Assembly (NCBI RefSeq): GCF_009914755.1
Contig: NC_060926.1
Reading direction: 5' to 3' (one strand)
Origin: the human T2T-CHM13v2.0 reference genome, Homo sapiens
Length of the DNA stretch: 64,000 nucleotides
This document shows, one piece after another, positions 40,293-54,787 of the stretch. The translations under genes and the position numbers were made by a program. Every line of letters begins with the position of its first letter. The stretch's first letter is position 1. A model generated the notes under the pieces. The model was not told the DNA's origin and searched no databases. It saw nothing but the letters and a program-made list of their open reading frames with translations.

Positions 40293-41958
40293 AATATTTT
40301 AATAGTCAGTGAAAAATGTTCTTGAAAATAAGACTATAGATGCAGAAAGTAGAAAGCACTAAAGTCAGCTTTGTAATTCGCCTTAGGCGTGCTTACATGA
40401 ATCGTTCAGATTGATATACATTTCGCAGCACACATCTGAAAAAGAAAATTTCCCGGGCCCTTTATTTGCACATCTCAGGAAACCTTTCTGTTAGTGGCTA
40501 TGGCTTCGAGCAGGTGGGACTCCACAATTGGCAAGGTGAATTCCATTGGGAATCTTGAAGCTGCCCTTCTGAAAGGGCGGTGATCTGCATGCACAGACTT
40601 GCCGCCTGCTGCCTGCACATGTCAGCCTCGTGATGGAGCAGAAATGCACTGAACCAAGGGGTAAACAAAGTCGAAGCTGGAGCCAAGTTACTGGTCCAAT
40701 ACTTGAGTGTTTTTGTTCACAAAGTGCAGCCCATGTTTAATGTAGAAAGAAGAGAGATGCAGTTGTTCCCTAATGGAAGGCTGTAATAGGACAATTCGGG
40801 GTATTGTACTTGTCCACTGAGTGAATGGGGCTATAACCACATGATTTCTATTAACAAAAAAAAAAAAAAAAAAAAAATGGCAGGAGTGCTGTTAAACTCT
40901 CCTGCTCTGCACAGAATGCATCTCTTACCTCTTTCACCCATCCACTGTGCCCACTCCTAGCCTCACCCATATAAGTCTATTAATGCTACTAAACTAGGAC
41001 ATGTGAACTTTGGGGAAATGGTTGCATTTTTCCCCCAAATAGGGTCATTAGGGGCCTTTAAAACAGTCTCTGTAAGCAAGACTAAAACCTAATCCCATCT
41101 CAATGATTAGATTCCATCCTGCAAAGTACTTCATTGAGCATCACTACTGTGAGTTTTTTTAGATGTAATTTTGGTGGCTCAGAAATGCTTTTTTTTTTTC
41201 TTGTTAAGTGATTGCAGCAAAAGGAAAGGAAATATTAGTGGCAGCCAGCATTTAAAAATGAACCATTGTGGCCCTTAACATTTTATAAGTAATCATAAAT
41301 TTCAGCTGACAGCTTATTTCTTGATTCCTTTCTAATTAGAGACTTAATAATATATATTTCTTGAAGACAAAAGTGGTCTGGGCTCTTACGAATGCCAGAA
41401 GCTTTGCTAAAATAAAACAACTGAGGCCAATGTCAAACATAGGACAGTTTCACTGCATAAGAGAGTGTTATAAGAGGTCCTAGGCATCATGCTACTAAAT
41501 TTAGGGGAAACCAGAGCGTGCTTTAATACTTTTAAATAATTGTGTTCAAATAGCCTTGCTCACTCCTTAAACAGCTAAATCTTTTTAATGCCTCTCAAAA
41601 AGGGTTCCAAATGGATTTAAATGGATTTGATGAATGTGAAATTTCCCTCTCTACTTGTAATTTTTCCAGAAATAGTGCAATTAATTTGATTTGTGCATAG
41701 GTACAAATCATTAGTAAATTGGGTGCTTGTATTTTAAAAGGATTTGGTCTTATTTAACCCCTACAAATTAATGAGTTTTGGTCAAAAAAATCATTCTGTG
41801 AATTTTGAGTTATCAGCCCCCAGTACTGGGCTTTTGTATTTTTTTTTTTACTACTACACATCAGAAGAAATTGTGCTCAACACTCTAATGAACTGTTGTT
41901 TCCTTTATAACAAGAACTTTTAATGTGTATTCATCACAAAAGCTTTTCATCATATTGA

Positions 41959-42123
41959 CTTATTTATTTATTTTAAGAAACAAAGTCTCACTCTGTCACC
42001 CAGGCTGGAGTGCAGTGGTGCGATCATAGCTACCTGCAGGCCAAGACTCCTGGGCTCAAGCAATCTTTCCACCTTAGCCTCTGGAGTTGCTGGGACTACA
42101 GGTGCACAACATCATCCCCAGCT
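41959..42123 (-). mobile_element. FRAM / AluJ right-arm monomer
   Basis: (TTTA)n tail then GTCTCACTCTGTCACCCAGGCTGGAGTGCAGTGGTGCGATCATAGCT ... GGGACTACAGG; no left arm. Confidence 0.85.
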
Positions 42124-42502
42124 GCTATTAACTCTTCTTTAGGTCAAAAGGTTTCAGGTTTTCTGTTGATTTTTCCTTTTCTTTTATTTACTAGAGCCAG
42201 TTTAGGGGTAAGCCTGGATCAATGGTTTAATTCCTCATCTTTCAGCAGGACTCAAATGTCAGGATTCAAATATTCTTTAGATAATCTCTTTCTGATTTTG
42301 TTCAAATGAGCCCTAAAACTATTTTTTATATTATTAGATCGTATTTGAGGCTTGCTAAGGATTAGAATGTGCTTCCTTGGGAAGATTTGGAATTGGGAGA
42401 ATTTGTTTTTTGGGGAGAAGCTTTTGCCATTGGGAAATGATTGTAGCTCAGGTAGTTTCATGTGGCTGGAATTTACAAAGCAGAGGAGAGACATCCAGAG
42501 AT

Positions 42503-42505
<3 letters not shown>

Positions 42506-42533
<28 letters not shown>
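42506..42533. repeat. (GA)14 microsatellite
   Basis: Direct reading. Confidence 0.9.
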
Positions 42534-42534
<1 letters not shown>

Positions 42535-42589
42535 ATTAAAGGAGGAGTTTCCTATATTCCACTCAGCTGGAGTGATGAAATTTTGTTGC

Positions 42590-44060
42590 ATACGTAGGAC
42601 ATTCACTGAAGACACCAGCAGGATAAGGCCTTATTACCATGGCTAAACTAGCACCCCAAAAGGCTACTGTGGGTTCATCCTAATATAGCTTAAAAACAAG
42701 CTTCCAAAGGATAAAAATAATTTTCAAGTAACTTAACTATCTGCCAGAACAAAATCTACCACTTTATACAAAGGGCACAAAATCTAGGCATTCAACAATG
42801 TTACAATCATAATATGCAGCATCCATGAAAAAATTACCAGACATTTGAAGACAGAAGAAACCTGGAGAAAAATAAGTCAATAGAAACAGATACATGAATG
42901 AGAGAGATGATGTAATTAGTAGATAAGGAATTTAAAATGTTGTTATAAATATATTCAATTATTTAAAAGAAAAACATGAACATAATGGAGATAGAAATGG
43001 AAACCATAAAAAGGAAGCAAATAAAACCATAGAACTAAAAAAAATACAGTATCTGGAATGAGAAATTAACTGGATGGGATTAGTAGCAGATTAGATAGTA
43101 CAGAAGAAAAGGTCAGTAAACTTGAGGGCAAGACAACAGAAAATATCTGAACAAAAATGCAGAGAATCAAATGAAAAAAAAATGAGCAGACCTGTGGGAT
43201 AATAATAAGTGGCCTATAATATGTATACTTCAAGTCTCAGGAGGAAAGGAGAGAGGAGGGGATATGAAATAATTGAAGAAATAATAACAAAAATGTCCAA
43301 ATAGAATTAAAATTATAAATCCATTGATTCAAGAAACTTAACACATCCAAGTAGAATAAGCACTGCAGTTCATGATAATCAAGTAGCTAAAAATCAATAA
43401 CAAAGTCATAATCTTGAAGTCTGCTAGAAAAAAAACTTCACATTATGTAAAGGGAAACAAAAATAAGAATTGTTGCCTATTCTGTTTAGAGACTGCAAGG
43501 CAAATGTCAATTAATTTTTTTTAATGTTGGAAGGAAAAAAAGTCAACATTAACTTTTCCTATTAAAAGTATCCTGTGAAATCGCCTTTAAAATAAAGATA
43601 AAATAGAAATTAAAAAATAATCAAAAGCTGAAATAATTCATCATCAGCAGACCTGTGCTACCAGTAATATTAAGGAAAGTTCTTTAGGCTAAAGAAAAAT
43701 AATAACAGATGGAAACTTGGATTTTCACAAAGGAATGAAGAGTGCCAAAGTTGGTAAATACAGGGGTAAATAGGAAATATATATTTTCATTTGTGTGGTT
43801 ATTTAAAAGACAATTCACTGCCTAAAACAAAAGTAATAACAATGTATTATGAGATGTCTAACATATGTAAATATGTGACAATAATAGCACTGAAGTTGTG
43901 AAGTGTGAAGTGCAGTATACTGTTATAAGGTTCTTATAGTACATGAGTACTGATATGATTTAAGTTAGACTGTGATAACATAAAGATGTATATTTTAAAT
44001 GCTAGAGCAACCATTAAAGGGGAAACAAAAAGATATACTCAAAAACAAATAACAAACAAG
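42590..44060 (+). mobile_element. Ancient L1M (L1MC/MD-like) 5' region / ORF1 remnant
   Basis: A-rich plus strand with AAGTCAATAGAAACAGA, GGATGGGATTAGTAGCAGATTAGATAG, GGTCAGTAAACTTGAGGGCA and AATTCATCATCAGCAGACCTGTGCTAC; no open frame. Confidence 0.8.
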
Positions 44061-44730
44061 CAATAAAATAAACAAACAAAATCCCCATAAGACGAAATCA
44101 CCAATAATTGTTCTACCAGGAAAATTTTCAGCAGGGAGATGTTTTGCTGGGTATAATAGTATCCTGATATATTTGTGATATTTGCATATAGACTAAAATT
44201 ATCTCTAGCAGTGAATACTACTAGATTGACTGATTGATTGCAGCCTACTGATTGCTGTAGTAGGTAAAGGACTAAAGGGTAGTAACGTTGTTGATCTTGG
44301 GCAGCTCACATTGGCTTCCCAGAAAACAGTCAAAGTTTAATGAGTTTTGTTCAGATAAAGCTTGGGGGAAAGGAGGAGCCGTCTTCAAAAAACAGAACAA
44401 AACAAAGCAAAACACGGTTGTACTTCAGGTTGCAGCGGGTCCTCTCGAATTCTTTTCTGAACAATGAATTCATGCAGTGAATAAGAGAGAGAGATTGGAA
44501 ACTCTTTGAGGACATGAATCCTGCTGTACTCATCTTTGTTTTCCTAGCGTCTGGCACATAGTAAATGCTAACAAATGTTGGCGTAAGCAGCTGCAATTCT
44601 TCAACTGTGTGATGCAGTTAAACTTACTCACCAAGGCCTATTTCATTGTCTTCATTTATGTTTTGTGATGACATCTAAGCGAATCAGGACACTCATTGTG
44701 TGGTGATCTTACTTGAGGCATTTAGACTCT

Positions 44731-45124
44731 CTTATTGGGGAATGAATGTTTATTTTCCCCAAAAATTCTTACATTGAAGCTCTTACTCCCAGTATGGCTG
44801 TATTTGGAGATAGTGCCTCTAAGAAAATAATTAAGGTTAAATGAGGTGATGGGGTGGGGCTCTGATCTCATAGGACTGTGTCCTTTAAAGAAGAAACACC
44901 AGGGAGACCATTCTTCCTGCACACACATTGAAGAAAGGCCATAACAAAACCCAGTGAGAAGGCTGCTGTCTGCAACCTAAGGGGAGAGCCCTCATCAGAC
45001 ACCAACCCTGCTGGCATCTTGATCATGGGCTTGCGGCCCCCGGAACTATGAGAATATACATTTCTGTTGTTTGAGCTCCCCAGTTAGGGGTATTTTGTTA
45101 TAGCAGCCTGAGCCGATTCATGCA
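44731..45124 (+). mobile_element. MLT1A-type MaLR solo LTR
   Basis: TGAATGTTTATTTTCCCCAAAAATTC ... TAATTAAGGTTAAATGAGG ... CACCAACCCTGCTGGCATCTTGATC ... TATTTTGTTATAGCAGCCTGAGC. Confidence 0.88.
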
Positions 45125-48114
45125 TCCCTGAGCCACAGAAGCAGAGGATTCTGAAACCATTCATTTTGATGTAGTTTGTACCTTGATCCCAATTGAAGTT
45201 AGGGTAATGTTTGGTGATTTTCCCATCACTCAAGATTGGAACTGTGTGTATTCCTTAATCCTGAGAATCCCTGTGGCTCCACCAAGTATATTGGGGTTTT
45301 GGTTGGCATCTCTCCACAGAGACACTGGGCATAAAGGGAGGGTTTGTGGGAACCCATCCAACCTAGGGAACATGAAGTTACAGCTGCCTTATAGTCCTCT
45401 TTGTCCTTTCATTCATTTGTGACTTTTTCAGCTTAGGTGAATATTGTCTCAATGCCATCATTCTGCTTTTACTGCATGTTAACAGTGCTCCTGGCTGAAG
45501 AGAGTGATGTCAGTGTTTCTTGCCTATAAACCAAATGAGGTCTTGCTGTCATTCTGGCCAGACCTGCTTTTGTTTGCTAAATTCAGACAGAAGGCATCAG
45601 ACCAGTGCAATCTGCTCGGTTCCTAGCTACGGGAGCCAGCAGTGTGACTCAGGGTCAGACGCATGGGTATGGACACCTCTGCTAATGAAGCTGGATCTCT
45701 TTTGCTGTACTGTATTACTATAAAAAGAGAATTAAACACTTTTGACTTTTTTCATGTAAATTAATAAATCAGCATAGGTATTTTTTAGTTACATTCATTC
45801 TTAAAACATGAAAATTTTAAATATGCCAGGTTTATTTGAGTTTCCTCACCTCTATCCTCTCTAAGGAGTATTTTCCAGTAATGTGAAGCAAAAACTTTTC
45901 AAAGAATTTTATAGTTTTCAGCCTTGCATCTCTTCCTCAGGTTACTTACCTGTGTAATAGTGGCTAAGTGTGAAAGAAAGAATAGCATTTGACATATAGT
46001 AAATGTTCAATAAAAATCACTGCTTGAGGAATAAATTATGAAATGAATTGCTATAACTCTTCAAAGCTATTTAAAAGTAACAATTCTAAACAAAACTGTC
46101 TTTGTAAGATTTTAAAATTCATAGGTTAGAAGTATTTTGATATTAAACTTTTTCTCTCAAGGTAATTTTTTTACAATGGGAAAGAAAAATCTTTATATTA
46201 ATTGTGTATCTCAAAGAGCAGTTGATCTTTGGTTCCTACGTGAGCCCATTTAACAGAACAGTATGGGAAGTTGTACTAGCAGAGCTCCATTTCTTTGGCT
46301 ATCTTGAACACCGGCTTATTAGGTGGGTTCACTGGTGTGAATGTATGTCTCGGTCACCACCATTTATATGCCTGCTGGCTTTTCCTTACACCCTAGAACT
46401 TTAAAGAAAATAGCAGAGGACTTAGATTCCTCCAGAAGACTCCTTTAATCACTAATGCCTGATGAGAGCTATTCAAAAGAGAAATACTCTTTTTGAAGCA
46501 GCTATTTGTAGAATGTGAGGCTACTATCTTCCTCCACACACCTCCCCCTCTCTACGTATGCATTCTGTGTCTCTAATTTGTTAGCCTTAAGTTCCTTCAC
46601 CTGTAATAATCCATTAACATTTGACATGTTGGGAGATATGCATTAAGGTAGAATTTGTAAATTTGGATATTACCAACCGGGGTTTCCCAGCTCAGGGTTA
46701 AGATTTTATGCTAGACCTTAACTTGATGTAGCCTTGTTGATAGCTCCAAATGAATGCTGCATCATGGTGAGCCTTCCAGTAGTCTGGGCTAGATTTCTTA
46801 GAAAATGCACAAGCAGGAGTCTCTTTCATAATTGCCAATGACATCTTCACTTTCTAAAACCAATTCTATCATGATGCGAACATCGCACTATAAAGGGCAA
46901 GAACATGCATTAAACCAAATTTTTTGACTACCCAGACAATAGGGAAATACAACGAAGGAGGCTTATTCATTTGCAGGGTCTGTTTTGTCTCATTGCTGAC
47001 ATCCTGGACAGCCTGTCCCCAGAGGTAGCATGATGTCACTGGGTGTCCCAGATCTGAGTTGGCACTACAAAGCATTGACTACATCAGCAGTCACTGATGG
47101 GAGCATAACACTTTTCCAGAAAAATAGCAATACAGGAAATGGATACTCTAACCTTTTGGTTTGGGTGTTGTTTCACATAGGAATACAGACCTCCATTGTG
47201 TCCACTCTTGCATTGATAAGCCAAGAAAAGAACAAATGATTTTACTTTATTTTCTTACCCTTTCCCATTTGGAACCCCAAAGTTTTGGTCCACACTGCAT
47301 TATTTTGCAGGAAAACAAAACAGAACAAAAACAAAACCTGTGCAAACCTGCCAGGAGACAGAAGGGCGGGAAGAATATTAAGCAAGGAAGAACACTTTTG
47401 AGTCGAGCTGGCAAAAGCCACTGTGTTTGCTGCAGGGGAGCAGATTAAAGTCTCCTAAACACTTCATTTCCCTATGGGGCCTGACTATATGAGAACAATT
47501 CAAGGTCCACTGCCTTGAGTGATGGAACTTCCCCTCCTCACCAGCCTACCCGCCGTGGTCTTTATCAAATTTGAATGACCTATGCTCACCAGGACAGATA
47601 CATGCAGTTGCATATTGTCTAGGTATGTCAGGTATTAGATGCTGGTAGACTTTTTATGCATGAAACTATGGATAGTTAGCTCAGGATACAAATTATATTT
47701 TAATATTATCAGTGAGGTTTCAAGTAAACTCCCCAGGGTCCCCAGCTTTGACATGCTTTTGAGCTCAGAATCCAGAGGACTTCTAAAATCCACCTTGCAG
47801 TTACAACTCTGATGGAATGATCCATCTAATAAATCGTCTTGTCAGGGAGGCAACGGGCTGCAGTGCAGTGTTCAGCGTGGCATAGAGGGCTGCCTGCAAC
47901 CATGTCAGAAAAACCACTCCACTCCAGGCCTGATAGAAGCAATACAATCCAATAGAAAAGTCCCAGTCCCCTGCACAGCTAGGATTGAAACCTTTCCTGT
48001 GATCACTCACTCTTCGTGGAAGATCTCAATTCTTTGAATTGCAACATTTGGGGATCTCTGGATGCCCAGAGAAGAATCTGCAACTGCAAGAGTATAATAG
48101 TCTTTCTCCCACCC

Positions 48115-48218
48115 TTTATTTTATTTTACTTTATTTTATTTTATTTTACTTTATTTTATTTTATTTATTTTACTTTTTTATTTTATTTTATTTTATTTTA
48201 TTTTATTTTATTTATTTT
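48115..48218. repeat. (TTTTA)n pentanucleotide repeat with TTTAC interruptions
   Basis: Direct reading, ~104 bp. Confidence 0.92.
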
Positions 48219-51200
48219 GCTCTTTTTTTGTTAATCTCTGAAAGGGTCCATGAGGAAGGACACAGGCAGCGAGAGGCCTGTGTCCTGGCTGGAAAGGGTG
48301 TTTAAAACCCATTTGGAGTTTGGGTGAAGGTGAAAGTTGTCAGGCTGTGAAAAATGGCATCAGTGTTGGCTGACCTGAAATAGGGCTGTAAAGTTCTATT
48401 CCTCACAAAGGCAAGATATATTATTGCTGTAACGCCATTATTCCGCTCCATCACTTTTAAACCTTGTTCCCATTATCTGCAAGTTAAATATAACCCTATG
48501 TAAAAACAGGAAGGACAGCACTAAGTTGTCCAGCTTAACAGCATACACTTAAAACATAATAGAGCACTTGTTACTGTATTTTATGGAACGGAAACTCCAA
48601 ATGTAAAGATGTATTAAGGAAATATCTCAAAGTTATTAGGGAAGGATATTTACAATTACAGATTGCTTTATATTATGCTTTTATGAACATCTCAGGAAAT
48701 GAAATAGCCCTCAGCTGTAGAGAGTGAAGAGGGAGGTAATTTTCCTTAATACGGGTGATAAAATTAATCTGATTGAAATCGCTGGCGATTATTTCCCAGA
48801 ATACTGAGTGGCAGTACAATCACTTACACTCTTTTATATTTTTTTAGTCAAAGCTCGTGTAGATGAAAGCTAATTACAAAGTAGTGATGTGAAGCGCTAA
48901 GGAAATAGTTTGTATAGCATAGAACAGGCATGGCTAATTGGGGTTTGTGATTACACAGATTGTTGTTAAGGAGAATTAACTACCAGCAGTCTCTCCTGCA
49001 AAGCTTCTCATCAAGGCAAAGTAAAAATAGACACTGGATCTGTTATTTATCTAATTATACCTCGAATATTTTCACAAGCATGTTACACACTCTCAAATGG
49101 TTTGTTCAAAAACTTTGGGTTCCACACTGCTTGTGATCAAAGTGTCTATATGAATTTTTCGACACTGGGCTCTCTTCAGATCACTTTTCTTAAGTCTCTG
49201 CTCACAGGTGGTGGGCACTGAAGACTTGAAGCTGGAAGACTGGCTGGGATTACCAAGTGTTCTGGGAAGGGGCATATCATGATAGGGGATGGCCCTGTTT
49301 ACTGAAACTTCATGGAGGCCTGTAAGCCACTGGTTCAGGGTGTTTACATCAGAATTACCTTTACAGGAGGCAACAGAGAAAGCTTAGCAGCTTTGAGGCC
49401 TTCAGTTACCACAAACCTGAATTCATAGGAAAGGCATTGGCTTCCTTTGATCCATGGCTAAAGTTTATTGCTTTCTTCCCATGGTCACGCTCTAAATCCT
49501 GACAGGCTCCTCAGAGCCCTTATTTATAGGATATGTTGAACCTTATATTATAGAGCCCATAGAAGAACCGATTAGTTCTCATGACCACCTATTTAATCAG
49601 TATTTCTTGGATTGAGAGACACTTGGAGATACTGGCAGATCCTCAGGCAGGAGCCCTACCACACCCACATAACCACGCATTTACCTGCTTTCCTATCACT
49701 CTGGTAGTCCTTAAGTCCCCTTTGACATCTCCAGTTTGGTTTTTCATTGTCCTTGGATTCTGATAGTCTTTTAGCCATGAATCATTTTATTGAATGTTTT
49801 GGTCCTATATGGGCAGGATCAAAGCTTCTCTCCCAGAGGGAAAACAGTGTCTTCACTCACCTCTTTCTAAGACCATGGGATCTGATCCTGTGTCCTCATG
49901 GCTGTGCTGGTGGTAGCATTTGGAGGATAACGTGAGTGGGTAGAAATGTGTGAGGAGCTTGGGAGGAAGCTTTGAGTCAGTGCTGTATGAATCTTAAACA
50001 GTTAGGAAAAAGCATTGCCTTAAGTACACTATTCTAAAAGACATTTCATAGAATATTCTGCAACATATGAAATGCAAATTTATTGACAAGGTGATATTTT
50101 CTGAAGACAAGGTATCATCTGGAAGCTTTATTTGAATGGTGACAAACAGCATCTCTAAGGATATTAGCAGGCATGAGTGTAAGTGCATGGTGTACGTATT
50201 TGCTGTCTGACTTTGGTGATACTCCTCAGCTGTATAAACCAAACGTAATAGCTTCAAAAATTGCTTTAATAGACCTAAGATCAACCAGGAGCATACATTA
50301 GTGAAACAACTTACAGATTTCAACTCTTACTTATTTGCTTACAGTTTTTTCCTTACTCATCTGTCCGCTTTTTGTTTAATCTTCATTATTAAAATGGTCA
50401 AGTTGCTGCCGGAAATTATGCACCAGGCTTAATTTTGAACTTGGTGAACAGTAAAGAGCAGGAGAAAATATACATTCTCCCCTTCATTTGCTCGAGTTAG
50501 CATCTGAGAAAGTTCTTGTGTGGATAAATATAGCTAGTTCCTAAAATTGAATTTCCTGCATTATTATTATTAACAGTTTGCTACGACCAATATGCTATGC
50601 AGCAGTCTGTGGATGATATCTGCAATTCACTGCCTTCCTATGTGAAAAGAAGATAAAAATTATATTATATGGGTGTATGCAAATTACAGAGGGCCTGGCC
50701 TTGTGCTCCAGTAATTCTTATATGTGCTTCTACGTTGTCCACTTCGAATGACAGGTACTGAAATTCAAATGGTTTCCAATAAAAATCCTGTAACCTGAAA
50801 CGAATCCCTACTGAATAATTAGAATATCTCACCCATAAAAGGTAATCATGTGTCTTCCATTTCTGAAGAAGCCTCTATCCCCGATCAGCATCGATGGAGC
50901 TTTGGTCAGATTAGATCTTTAATTCTTATAAAAAAGACATAATACTCATTCTTTATGAGGAAGCCTTCTGTTGGGGCTGACAGCCTTATGCTGTCACAGC
51001 TTTCAAGGGTCAGAACTGCTCTCAGTGCTTAATATGAGAGAAAAAATAGAAGGAGGTGAGATGGACTCTGCATTATTTTAGACACACAAGAAAGATGCGT
51101 AGTCTTTCCCCAGATGCAGCTAGGCGACTGCATATCTCACAGGCTAAGATGGACACACTGTAGTGTGTAATGTCTGGTGCCACTGCAGGGCATCTTGCTT

Positions 51201-51299
51201 CCCAAACTTCTTGTTTTTACTGCTTACAAACCAAAGTGGTAACTTCAGGGGAAAAAAATCCTAATATCATTCTACCAACTACAAATGCACCGACGCCTG

Positions 51300-51490
51300 C
51301 AACATGGTAGAGGTAAGGTGAGAGGATTTGAGAAGGAGAAGCCTGGATTCAGATCCTGGCTGGCCCCCTCACTAACTGGAACCTCTTGGGCAGACAATTA
51401 TTGTCTCTGGCCCCCATTTTACCACCTGTGAAAGTCTGATGGCAAGAGACCTTCATGTGGATCAAATAAGTTAAAGTCTGCACGATGCAT
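51300..51490 (+). mobile_element. MIR SINE (diverged)
   Basis: CCTGGATTCAGATCCTGGCTGGCCCCCTCACTAACTGGAACCTCTTGGGCAG ... CCCCATTTTACCACCTGTGAAA. Confidence 0.6.
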
Positions 51491-53849
51491 GCGGGTACTC
51501 TTTGTTCCAGCTAGCTCAAGCATGGGGGATGGTCTTAGACCAGAGGATGGGTGCCCCTCAAAGCTTCATTCTTCTTTAGATGCAGGCAGGGCAGGTCAAA
51601 TATACAAGGCAAATCACTTAGAAGAAAAAGCCTTGTCAAAATGATGGAGAAACAGAAATTCTTAACAGAGAGAGGAACGAAGTCCTGGAAATGTAAGTTA
51701 GCAAAGCTCATGAACTGTGAATTCTCTAAATTACCAGCATAACAATGAGTAACAATAGTTTGGTTCCAATTTTCTATAATATATTTATGATATAAGGAGG
51801 CCCCTGTCCCTTGTCAAAAAAATCTACAAATCATTCCTAAAACACAAATAACAGTCACATTAAGAGGAACAAATTATAATGCTGAAATATGTCCTTGGGC
51901 TGGAAACAAGGAAACAATGTAAAAGTGGAACAGCACACTACAAAAAATATGGCCTAATGATACATATTAAAATAATTATACATAGTTAGCAATTCTCCTC
52001 ACATAATTTATTGAACTTGGTCCCACGACTGCCTATTTTGCCAGCTCTCTAGATATTTCTATTTCAGAGGATTTTGACATTGATGTCATTTTTTTTACTC
52101 TCCACAAAGTGGTAAAAAATAGAAAAGTCAGAATTTGCCCATAAAATCGCATAAAATACAATCTCAGCTCATAGATCCCAAACGAGTACACATTTTTATA
52201 AATGTATGATAAAAAATATTTAATGTCTGAAGTAAATGTTATTTATTGAATCTCTGGCCAAATACTATAAAATATATTATAATCCAGAAATATTTTAAAT
52301 TTAGTGATGCCGGATTCAATATGATAACAATTATAAGGAGATGTCTATATATATTTTACTCTTCATATAATGTGTTAAGGATGATAATTTATGTTTCAAC
52401 ATTTTTTGGTTTTATAAACATTTCAATTTAACATCCCTTAACTTACTACTCAGCAATTATACAATTTAGAATGTAAGAATAAGAGTAAAAAATTTACAAA
52501 TAGATAATTACATTTCTGTGTATGTAAACATAAAATATTATTCAAACCAAGAGATTTAGTAGGACTCCCCTTTATATGACCATATATTTCCTAACCGTAC
52601 CTGTGCATAGGCATCTACTACTATGACTGGATTAAATTACAGAATAAATATTTTTAGTTGTTGGTTTTCTTGCTCTGATTATTTCAAAAGACCTACAGAA
52701 ATTATATCTCAAGTGTAAATTGGTTGAATTTAAAGTTCTCTATTATATCTTAGATCTGTAGAACGTAGCATAGAAAGACTATATCCATTAAGTGTATTTA
52801 TATTCACCAATCTATTTAGAAATAAACATGCTATATACATGCAATATATGTAAACTATGCCATTGACTATAGTACCATATGTAGAAAACATTTGCATTAA
52901 GGTTTGAGTTTAAATAATAGTACAGAAAGTATCTTCAAATATCTTAAAGACATATGTGGATTACATGACTAAGAACCATGATAAAACATCCTATCTAAAT
53001 ATTTTACACCGAGGTGAGCAAAATATATGTGTATATTATGTAGTCTGTCTCTTTGAGGGTGATACACACATGAGTGCATATAAATGTTTTAATAGTAATC
53101 ACGTAGTAACGGGCAATACACCATTTAATTTAAAATTCTTAATAAGAAGTTGCTTTAAATTCTTTCGCTTCAAAATTCTTCATTGTACCTAATATTGAAA
53201 AATGTATTCGTCATAATTACCAGCACGTGACAACATTCTCATTGAAAGATATTTAACAGTAAGAGAAATGTGATGGTTTAGGGTTGTTTTTTACTGAGCC
53301 CACTAAAATCTATTCTGTCTTAAAAATCAGTTACATTAAGAAGTTAAACTTTTGATTTACTGCATTCTATAAAGTATCTTTAAAAGTACCCCAATGACTA
53401 GGTTGTAATGGCACGACCCTAAAAATTACAATTAAATTTTGGCATAACTTTTGTTCAGTTTTTTTTGTAATGGCTTGATTGTGGCAAGACAAGGGCTTCA
53501 AATTACATTTTCTGGGAATTTTAAGATATTTAAATGGAGAGCAATCTAAACATTACCATATATGTTGCAACCCTCCTCCCCAAACACTAGGTTAAATTCA
53601 AGCAAGAACACCTACTCTGCAGGTCCTGAGTTAGCAGCTTCCCAGATTCATTCGGTGAGTCCAGACCTCATTTTGAGATAAAGCACTTGGTGGACCCTGA
53701 ATTACTGAGTCCTCCAGGGGTGGTGGATTTTGATGTGTGCTAATCCCAAGTAAGCAGATGCGCAGGGACCCCAAAAGTTTAAACATTTAAAGGAAAAAAA
53801 TAGTCTCCCCACTTAAGTCTAGGCGACTATTTAATGGACATACACTGCA

Positions 53850-54420
53850 ATGTCTGTTCAGGCACTGCGGTAGGTTAGGGGAAATAATTCTGTGTATGAG
53901 ACATTAAATGTGATCCCAGGGCAAACAGGAGCTGTCCTGGACAGACTTGTGTCTGGTGAGGAAGACAGATGTGCAAACAGCAGCACCCAGAGGCAAGGTC
54001 AAAATTGTGATGCCAGCACAGAGGCCCAATTGAGCACCACGAAAAAAGAGGGATGAAAAAATAGTTCGTTTCCTGGAAATCCTTCTATAAGAGAAGACGT
54101 TGATTCTCCATCCTGAAAAATGAACTGGTGTTGGCTAGGAGCGTAGGGAGAGAAATGGCATTTCAGGCAGAGGGCACAGCCTGGGCAAAAACTCCGGAGT
54201 GTGAGAAAGGACACAGCGATTGCTTAAGGAATCATACATAGTTTTTTATAATTATATTGCAAACTGCATGTGCACATATGATAGGAGATGACCCTAGAAA
54301 GGAGGGTTCTGTCACATCATAAAAATTCCCAGAGATCCAGCTAAAAAGCAGTTTTTCTAAGAACAAGGGCAACCAACAGAGAATGCTCTAAAGCACTGAG
54401 CCTGGCTGGATATTTTGGCT
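53850..54420 (-). mobile_element. L2 LINE fragment
   Basis: GGCATTTCAGGCAGAGGGCACAGCCTGGGCAAAAACTCCGGAG is typical antisense L2. Confidence 0.65.
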
Positions 54421-54787
54421 GCTCTTAGTTTTGATAGTTTATCCATCTCTTCAGGTAGTCAGTCAGCTATATATTTAACAATAAACACTAAATACCTAAT
54501 ACTGTCTAGGCAATAATTAATAGTCATTGTGATTATGCAGTAAATTCTGGATGTATTATTGAGCACCTTGTAGACTTTGAACGATGCCGGGTTCTGTGAG
54601 CCCACAGACATCAGACACAATCCTCATCCTCAAAAAACTGCTGCAATATCCTCCAGCATTCTTCCACTCTGATTTCTAAATAAGCAAATACATATCATGG
54701 GTTCCTAAAAATAATTTTTGTCTAGTTATAAAATAATGCCTGTTAAGTGTAGAAAATTTTAAAAATTCAGCAAAGCCCAAAGAAAAT

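Noticed and set aside
40856-40877. Isolated A22 tract (also T tract near 20182-20212)
   Set aside because: No element body or TSD identifiable; treated as simple repeats.
48016-48305. Hydrophobic FILFY-repeat ORFs that look like membrane proteins
   Set aside because: Translation of the (TTTTA)n microsatellite.
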